This document shows, one piece after another, positions 6,816 through 12,456 of a stretch of DNA of 12,456 nucleotides. The notes below the pieces were generated by a model. It ran no database searches, was not told the DNA's origin, and saw nothing but the letters and a program-made list of their open reading frames with translations. Made by a program: the position numbers and the translations under genes. The stretch comes from Okeania sp. GTDB taxonomy: Bacteria > Cyanobacteriota > Cyanobacteriia > Cyanobacteriales > Microcoleaceae. How positions within the stretch are numbered: position 1 is the first letter of the stretch; each line of letters opens with the position of its first letter. The stretch covers positions 1 through 12,456 of the forward strand of contig NZ_JAYKGW010000009.1 of NCBI RefSeq assembly GCF_035285525.1, in the 5' to 3' direction.

Positions 6816-7106
6816 AAACGCTGTCGTTGGTAATGACAAAATTGCGTTGCTTTGGCTAAGTCCTGTCCTATAAATAATACTAAATCCAGTTGAGAAAAGA
6901 GATTTATGGTAAAAGTAATGAGGGTTATAGAGCAGTAAAAATTACTTTTTCAGGAATTATGCAAAAAATGAAATTATGCACTACATCTAGGGGAAAAATT
7001 ATGCACTATGTGTAGGGACTAATGGCCTATAACCGACATTTAGCACATCAAGTTGTAAGATTACAAGTAGCATAAAAATTGTAATTTGACTATAATAAAT
7101 TATCTT

Positions 7107-7241
7107 TATAGTGCTGCGCTACCGCGCAACAGACAATAGGTATGGGAGCAATAGGGAGAATAAATTGCCGATAATATAAGACTATGAGCTGCTTGGACAT
7201 CTTCTGCAATTTGTAAATATTAAGTGCGCACATTGCTATAT
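7107..7241 (+). mobile_element. MITE-like element family D, copy 1
   Basis: Its ends are TATAGTGCTGCGC... and ...GTGCGCACATTGCTATA. The right ~85 nt (AATAAATTGC.GATAA.ATAAGACT...TTTGTAAATATTAAGTGCGCACATTGCTATA) are about 80% identical to 12033-12116 by eye. Confidence 0.7.
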
Positions 7242-7662
7242 TTACCAAAAAACGAGGTATAAAGCCTCCCCTGGTTCGGGGATGAAAAAATATTTAACTC
7301 AGTATTTCAAGGCTCAGACTCAAGTCAGAGGTTCACTCTCTAATGAATTGCGCAGTTCCGACCATAGGAGGCTAACTGATAACTGAAATGACCTTTACTC
7401 ACTCATCAAATTCTAAGGAAAATATTAAGCATAAAAATTTTCTAACTTCTTTAGGGGTAATGGCCATTCACCCTGACATCCTCCATTCCTGACTTCGTTA
7501 GAAAGAATCTAAAAGTTAGAGAATGGTGCTAAAGAAGATATTGTTGGTTAACATTTAGATAAATTGTGTCAAAATTGGTATATAAAAAGCACTATCTCAT
7601 CTAAAAAGAACAAAAAAAAATTGTTCTGATAAATATCTACTAACATCAGAGGCTCTTGATAT

Positions 7663-8112
7663 ATGAGTTCCAAAAATTTTAACCACAGGGTATCTGCACC
7701 TTGCATCATTGACAGTGGAATTATTGTCAACAAACGTGATATGCAAAGACTATTAATAGATTTAGGCAAAGTCCATTACATCCATACTCAAGATGGCCAA
7801 GTTCAAAGCCAGGGAGAAGGATATATATTAGAAGTATTTGCGGATCATCAAAGGTCAACCTTAGTTGCCAATCACTCTATGTACTTGAATGTACATAGTT
7901 TTGACTATCTCGAACTTGGCAAGTCCCCATGTCAAGAAACATATTTTGATTTAGTTAATGAAGGACGACAGTTAAGACTAATTCCTTTGTCAAACCCCAT
8001 GGAAGAAGAAAATACCAGAAATATTAATGCTGCTGCTTTTGATGCAGTGATGGATCAAGTTTTGTCATCTAATTGGGATGTATTGGTGGATGATGATGAT
8101 TGTCCATTCTAA
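7663..8112 (+). CDS. Hypothetical protein with an acidic C-terminus (...VLVDDDDCPF); start uncertain
   Basis: 149-aa ORF, 82 nt upstream of tgt on the same strand. There is an alternative start at 7741 (MQRLLIDLGK...). I recognise no motif. The composition looks like a real protein, not low-complexity sequence. Confidence 0.55.
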   Translation: MSSKNFNHRVSAPCIIDSGIIVNKRDMQRLLIDLGKVHYIHTQDGQVQSQGEGYILEVFADHQRSTLVANHSMYLNVHSFDYLELGKSPCQETYFDLVNEGRQLRLIPLSNPMEEENTRNINAAAFDAVMDQVLSSNWDVLVDDDDCPF

Positions 8113-8170
8113 GTTGAAATTAAAAAGAAAAAAATCAGGGATAGATCGAAAATGTATTAAAGTTTTCTAA

Positions 8171-9307
<1,137 letters not shown>

Positions 9308-9332
9308 GGAGTGTGGAGAGAAAGAGGGGAAC

Positions 9333-9456
9333 TCAGAAACCCGGTTTCTACCCTCGTACCGGGTTTATTATGCAAGACCAAGGAATATTTGGTACGGGAG
9401 CAAGATGTTCCCAAGTTCCAGAGGCGAAGCCCTAAACCCGGTTTCTTCTTGTAATG
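9333..9456 (+). repeat. Composite repeat: family A modules interrupted by another repeat (family E, GCA.GACCAAGGAATATTTGGTAC)
   Basis: AGAAACCCGGTTTCTACC (9335-9352), CTCGTACCGGGTTT (9353-9366) and CTAAACCCGGTTTCTTCTTG (9432-9451) flank about 65 nt of unrelated sequence. Part of that sequence recurs at 11949-11975. It starts 26 nt after the tgt stop. Confidence 0.7.
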
Positions 9457-9498
9457 CACCACCAACTGGTGATTCTTAAATTGAGTCACAGCAAGAAT

Positions 9499-9523
9499 GT
9501 AGAGGCGAATGACTCGCCCCTAC
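9499..9523. repeat. GC-rich hairpin GTAGAGGCGA-atgac-TCGCCCCTAC (same design as the family B core)
   Basis: 9 of 10 bp in the stem pair, with a 5-nt loop. It lies between the convergent tgt and GNAT genes. Confidence 0.6.
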
Positions 9524-9567
9524 ATCTTATACCATTTCTCAAAAAGTTTTCTACATTTGATTGAGCA

Positions 9568-9599
9568 GGGGAGTAGGGGAGTAAGGGAGTAAGGGAGAA
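9568..9599. repeat. Tandem octamer array GGGGAGTA GGGGAGTA AGGGAGTA AGGGAGAA (G-rich on the + strand)
   Basis: Direct reading shows a period of 8. It is roughly the reverse-complement type of the array at 2852-2916. Confidence 0.85.
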
Positions 9600-9720
9600 G
9601 TAAACATCAGAAAAATCCACATTAACTTAGCTAAAATTGGCAAAAAATGATTTGGTTTGTGTTAATTATTTGATTACTGAAATACTCCTCAAGTATAGCA
9701 ATAATGCATGGGAATTAGTA

Positions 9721-10305
9721 TTACTTGCGCCTAATACTATCATTTGTCAATTCCATGAATGCCAGATCTGCCAATTCTCCATTAGGCATTTCCCATGATT
9801 TATTCTTGATTTCTGTAACTACAAATCCCAGATTTTTAACCATATTAATTGAGCTATTATTTGATAATAGAATTGTTGCTCCAATTCTTTTAATACCTAA
9901 TTCATCAAAAGCATAAATCATTAGTCTTTTCAATGCTAGTTTCCCATATCCTTTATTTCTATATTTTTTATCCAAAATTGCTACAGCAGTTTCAGCGGTT
10001 AACAAATCCATATTAAAGCCTTTTAATAGTACATATCCGATGGGTAAACTTTCTGGAGTTAAGTAAACTCCTAATACTAAGGGTTGACTTTTTCGAGAAT
10101 AGGGCAAAGTACAATCTGATATTGCTTCTATGAATTGTTCTGTATTATCGGGTTCAAAGAAGGGGTTCCAACCAAGTAAATCTATTAAACTTTGGTCTTG
10201 AGCAAGCTTGATTAAATGTTTGATATGCTCATCTTCCATACAAGTTAAAAAAACCTTGAATCCTGTTGCTTTATGTTCTTGCTCTAATAATATTTTTTGA
10301 TTCAT
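9721..10305 (-). CDS. GNAT-family N-acetyltransferase (RimJ/RimL-like architecture)
   Basis: 194 aa. The acetyl-CoA motif A is present (KKYRNKGYGKLALKRLMIYAF = R/Q-x-x-G-x-G/A). The N-terminal region and length fit the Acetyltransf_3-type protein N-acetyltransferases. Confidence 0.8.
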   Translation of the reverse strand: MNQKILLEQEHKATGFKVFLTCMEDEHIKHLIKLAQDQSLIDLLGWNPFFEPDNTEQFIEAISDCTLPYSRKSQPLVLGVYLTPESLPIGYVLLKGFNMDLLTAETAVAILDKKYRNKGYGKLALKRLMIYAFDELGIKRIGATILLSNNSSINMVKNLGFVVTEIKNKSWEMPNGELADLAFMELTNDSIRRK

Positions 10306-10416
10306 AACTTTATTTATACCTTAGATTTAACAAAATAAACTTAACAAAGTGTCTTAATCTCTAATATATAGTACACTAAAATATTGTAAATTAGATTAAT
10401 TTTTTGGATATAATTA

Positions 10417-10803
10417 ATGATTGAAGTCAAAAAAATTTCTAACAAAGGACGAGGAATTATTACAACACAAAATATTCCTCAAGGAACATTAATAGAAGTT
10501 GCTCCTGTAGAGGTTTTTCCATTTGAACCAGAAACAACCATAGATCAAACAGGAATCTTTAAGTATTACTTTGTATCTCCATTAGAATATAGTAAAAGTC
10601 ACAATGTTAACAGATATCTTGTGTTTGGTTTAGCTTCTTTTTGTAATCATGCCAAAAATCCTAATGCTCGTGTGGAGTGGGTTGAAAATGAAGTAGGTTT
10701 ATGGTCACATTTGATTGCCCAGAAAGATATTAAAGTAGGTGAAGAAGTTACCCTATTCTACACCAATATTGATGAGTATTCGGAGGCGAACAAGTTCGTT
10801 TAA
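10417..10803 (+). CDS. Minimal SET-domain protein (putative SAM-dependent protein-lysine methyltransferase)
   Basis: 128 aa. It has GRGIITTQNIPQGTLI (the N-terminal SET GxG segment), FCNHAKNPNA (the NH.C.PN-type SAM/pseudoknot motif) and GEEVTLFY (the ELxxxY-type C-terminal motif). Confidence 0.75.
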   Translation: MIEVKKISNKGRGIITTQNIPQGTLIEVAPVEVFPFEPETTIDQTGIFKYYFVSPLEYSKSHNVNRYLVFGLASFCNHAKNPNARVEWVENEVGLWSHLIAQKDIKVGEEVTLFYTNIDEYSEANKFV

Positions 10804-10942
10804 TGGTTTAATTATCAGTTATATCTTACTTGTAATTCAATTAGTTTTTTCTAAAATGTTTGGCGATCGTACTGAAGTAATTAGAGTAGCTATAACTTCA
10901 TATATCGCCATAAATAATAACCAAAAAGAGAAATTTAATTCA

Positions 10943-11680
10943 ATGGAAATTAAAATTAAACGTATTGGTATGTGGGCTTGTCCACGATGCCTTTCTACAG
11001 TTATGATGCGTTCTTGGGGAAATCGACTAGATACTTTTATACAAGATGAGCCACTTTATCCACATTATCGATTATGTAGTGGTAGAAAAGACCCAGGAAT
11101 GGATGAAGTCCTCAACAACTATGAAACAGATTGGGTGAAGATCGTGGAGCAACTGACAACTGGTTTAATTCCAGATGGAAAGTCAATCTATTATCAAAAA
11201 TTCATGGTTTATCGACTTCTACCACATATCGATCTCAATTGGATTACTAAATTAACAAATTGTTTTCTGATTCGCGAACCACAAGATATGCTTCTTTCCT
11301 ATCTTAAGCTATGGCCTAATCCCACATTAGAGACTATCGGAATTATCAGACTAAAGCAAGTGTTTGAGATGATCCGCGATCGTACAGGTAAAATTCCGCC
11401 AGTAATTGATGCTCGTGATTTACAAGAAAATCCTCGCCGTATCTTGTCTTTACTTTGCGAAGCTGTAGAGGTTGAATTTGCAGATGTAATGCTAAATTGG
11501 TCTCAGGGTAATCCGACAAATGATAGTTGGTCTAAATATCAGTGGTATGATACAGTCAGAAATTCAACGGAGTTTTACCCCTACAAGCCGAAAACTGATG
11601 ATATCCCGGAACGGTTTCACGATATCCTTTCTAAGTATAAGGAAATATATAGGGAACTATACGAATATCGTCTTGTGTGA
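10943..11680 (+). CDS. Sulfotransferase-like P-loop protein (conserved family usually annotated as sulfotransferase family protein)
   Basis: I call the start at the in-frame ATG at 10943 (MEIKIKRIGMWACPRCLSTVMMRSWGNR...). The family N-terminus is normally a short beta-strand followed by a PR..ST PAPS-loop-like motif. The ORF-track start at 10739 would overlap the SET gene by 65 nt and add a 68-aa low-quality leader. The function is inferred from remembered family resemblance only. Confidence 0.6.
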   Translation: MEIKIKRIGMWACPRCLSTVMMRSWGNRLDTFIQDEPLYPHYRLCSGRKDPGMDEVLNNYETDWVKIVEQLTTGLIPDGKSIYYQKFMVYRLLPHIDLNWITKLTNCFLIREPQDMLLSYLKLWPNPTLETIGIIRLKQVFEMIRDRTGKIPPVIDARDLQENPRRILSLLCEAVEVEFADVMLNWSQGNPTNDSWSKYQWYDTVRNSTEFYPYKPKTDDIPERFHDILSKYKEIYRELYEYRLV

Positions 11681-11770
11681 TCACTTGACTTGGGAAGAGT
11701 ATCAAGCTAAATAATCAAATATTTTGGTTAAAGTGGATAGATTGAATGTAAAATTATCACTTTATTAACA

Positions 11771-11834
11771 GGACTTACACAGTTACCCTAGAAACCCGGT
11801 TTCTACCAGAAATCGGGTTTCTTTGCGTAAGTCC
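11771..11834. repeat. Repeat family A, copy 4: 64-nt near-perfect hairpin
   Basis: GGACTTACAC..AGAAACCCGGTTTCT-acc-AGAAATCGGGTTTCT..GCGTAAGTCC. 14 of 15 inner positions and the outer termini pair. It lies 90 nt downstream of the sulfotransferase-like gene. Confidence 0.85.
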
Positions 11835-11852
11835 CCATACAGCAGTTTTCAT

Positions 11853-11923
11853 ATCAGTAAACCACAGTAGAGACGTTGCATGCAACGTCCCTACAAGATT
11901 TTACTTATGACGATGTGGTTCAT
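11853..11923 (-). repeat. Repeat family B, copy 2 (inverted relative to 424-496); core palindrome GTAGAGACGTTGCA/TGCAACGTCCCTAC at 11867-11894
   Basis: Its reverse complement aligns with 424-496 over about 70 nt with a few mismatches. Confidence 0.8.
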
Positions 11924-11981
11924 CGAGAGTGAAAAGCGCTGTAAGGATAATGCACCACCAAGGAATATTTGATACACCCTA

Positions 11982-12116
11982 TATATAGCGCTGTGCGCAG
12001 GGAACTGGGAACACAGAAGGTGGGAACAGAAGGAATAAATTGCTTATAACATAAGACTTTTAGCTATTGGACAGTTCCTGTGATTTGTAAATATTAAGTG
12101 CGCACATTGCTATATA
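11982..12116 (+). mobile_element. 135-bp MITE-like element family D, copy 2, with 18-bp imperfect terminal inverted repeats (TATATAGCGCTGTGCGCA / TGCGCACATTGCTATATA, 16/18)
   Basis: I read the terminal inverted repeats directly. The interior is homologous to 7107-7241. No ORF is present. Confidence 0.75.
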
Positions 12117-12175
12117 GTTTTAAAACTATTGTGCAATAGTTTTTGAAGTTACATATAGCGTCTCTGCGTAAGCCC

Positions 12176-12210
12176 TAATTATTAATTATTAATTATTAAT
12201 TATTAACTAT
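12176..12210. repeat. Heptamer tandem array TAATTAT x4 + TAACTAT
   Basis: Five units. The last unit overlaps the ATG at 12209. Confidence 0.9.
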
Positions 12211-12456
12211 GTTTTATCTCAATTTAAGTAATTTACAAAGACTAATATTATTAAGTTTAGGAATAGTCATTTTCCTCAATTATACACAACAAAAAGTTCA
12301 TGGCTCTACTCCGATCCAAAATCAACCAAGAATTTCTACAAATGCCACAGATTTAATCGAGTCTGAACCACAAAAAAAGCCTAAATCAATAATTAGAAAA
12401 AAAGCTCTAAATAAACTTTATATTCAACCTAATGAAAAAACTTATTTAGTCATAAA
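12209..12456 (+). CDS. 5' part of an ORF running off the right edge; N-terminal signal-anchor protein of unknown function
   Basis: From the ATG at 12209, 82 codons are open to the window end (MFYLNLSNLQRLILLSLGIVIFLNYTQQKVHGSTPIQNQP...KTYLVI). It has a hydrophobic N-terminal segment. It is not in the ORF track because no stop lies within the window. Confidence 0.4.
   Translation, partial: MFYLNLSNLQRLILLSLGIVIFLNYTQQKVHGSTPIQNQPRISTNATDLIESEPQKKPKSIIRKKALNKLYIQPNEKTYLVI

Noticed and set aside
6621-6833. 70-aa ORF on the plus strand
   Set aside because: It overlaps the cobS 5' end antisense and then runs through the family C repeat copy. The Cys/Lys-rich sequence is repeat-derived, not a gene.
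7059-7096. NtcA-type site (GTA-N8-TAC) near TTGTAAGATTACAA plus TATAAT
   Set aside because: The GTA...TAC halves are spaced by 4 nt, not 8. No correctly spaced GTA-N8-TAC lies about 22 nt upstream of the -10-like hexamer.
6699-7100. Possible cobalamin riboswitch next to cobS
   Set aside because: I found no B12-box-like core or the expected conserved stems. The region next to cobS is explained by the family C repeat. cobS genes are also not typical riboswitch targets in this orientation.
7388-7492. 34-aa ORF (MTFTHSSNSKENIKHKNFLTSLGVMAIHPDILHS) downstream of a GGAGG
   Set aside because: The GGAGG lies about 16 nt from the ATG, which is too far. The peptide has no hydrophobic or structural character. 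I have no conservation evidence.
7569-7769. 66-aa ORF on the minus strand
   Set aside because: It overlaps the start of the 7663-8112 ORF on the opposite strand and extends into an A/T homopolymer-rich region. There are no coding features.
9308-9720. A psbK-like small gene downstream of tgt (an adjacency I recall from some cyanobacteria)
   Set aside because: I found no ORF encoding a PsbK-like hydrophobic peptide. The only ATG-initiated ORF I noted in the repeat-free part (MIWFVLII, 8 aa, at about 9647) is far too short.
9725-9916. 63-aa ORF on the plus strand
   Set aside because: It lies antisense within the GNAT gene.
10409-10414. TATAAT hexamer as the SET gene promoter -10 box
   Set aside because: It ends only 2 nt before the ATG at 10417, so a transcript started from it would begin inside the coding sequence. 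It probably reflects AT-rich background.
11520-11714. 64-aa ORF on the plus strand
   Set aside because: It is an out-of-frame overlap with the 3' end of the sulfotransferase-like gene, and no independent signal supports it.

Overview
The window is chromosomal DNA from a cyanobacterium, probably a filamentous Nostocales-type strain. Evidence: 8 exact HIP1 octamers (GCGATCGC) between about 800 and 8980, many AT-rich heptamer tandem arrays of the STRR type, and low GC. Most genes are ordinary housekeeping genes: PBP2 (mrdA), serine acetyltransferase (cysE), a PNPOx-like flavoprotein, cobalamin synthase (cobS), a conserved hypothetical protein and tRNA-guanine transglycosylase (tgt). The right third holds a small, AT-richer cluster of three group-transfer enzymes: a RimJ/L-like GNAT, a minimal SET-domain methyltransferase and a sulfotransferase-like protein. 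Partial ORFs run off both window edges. Intact CDS cover only about 62% of the window. The rest consists of at least five families of dispersed MITE-like or palindromic repeats, heptamer and octamer tandem arrays, and a 244-codon glycosyltransferase pseudogene. The pseudogene has four in-frame stops and no frameshift, and the ORF track misses it completely. I see no clear novel multi-gene system (no defence, CRISPR, toxin-antitoxin or biosynthetic core genes). The most checkable points are the pseudogene, the repeat elements sitting on gene boundaries, the G-quadruplex-capable octamer arrays and the GNAT/SET/sulfotransferase islet. I found no tRNA, rRNA or CRISPR array by eye.
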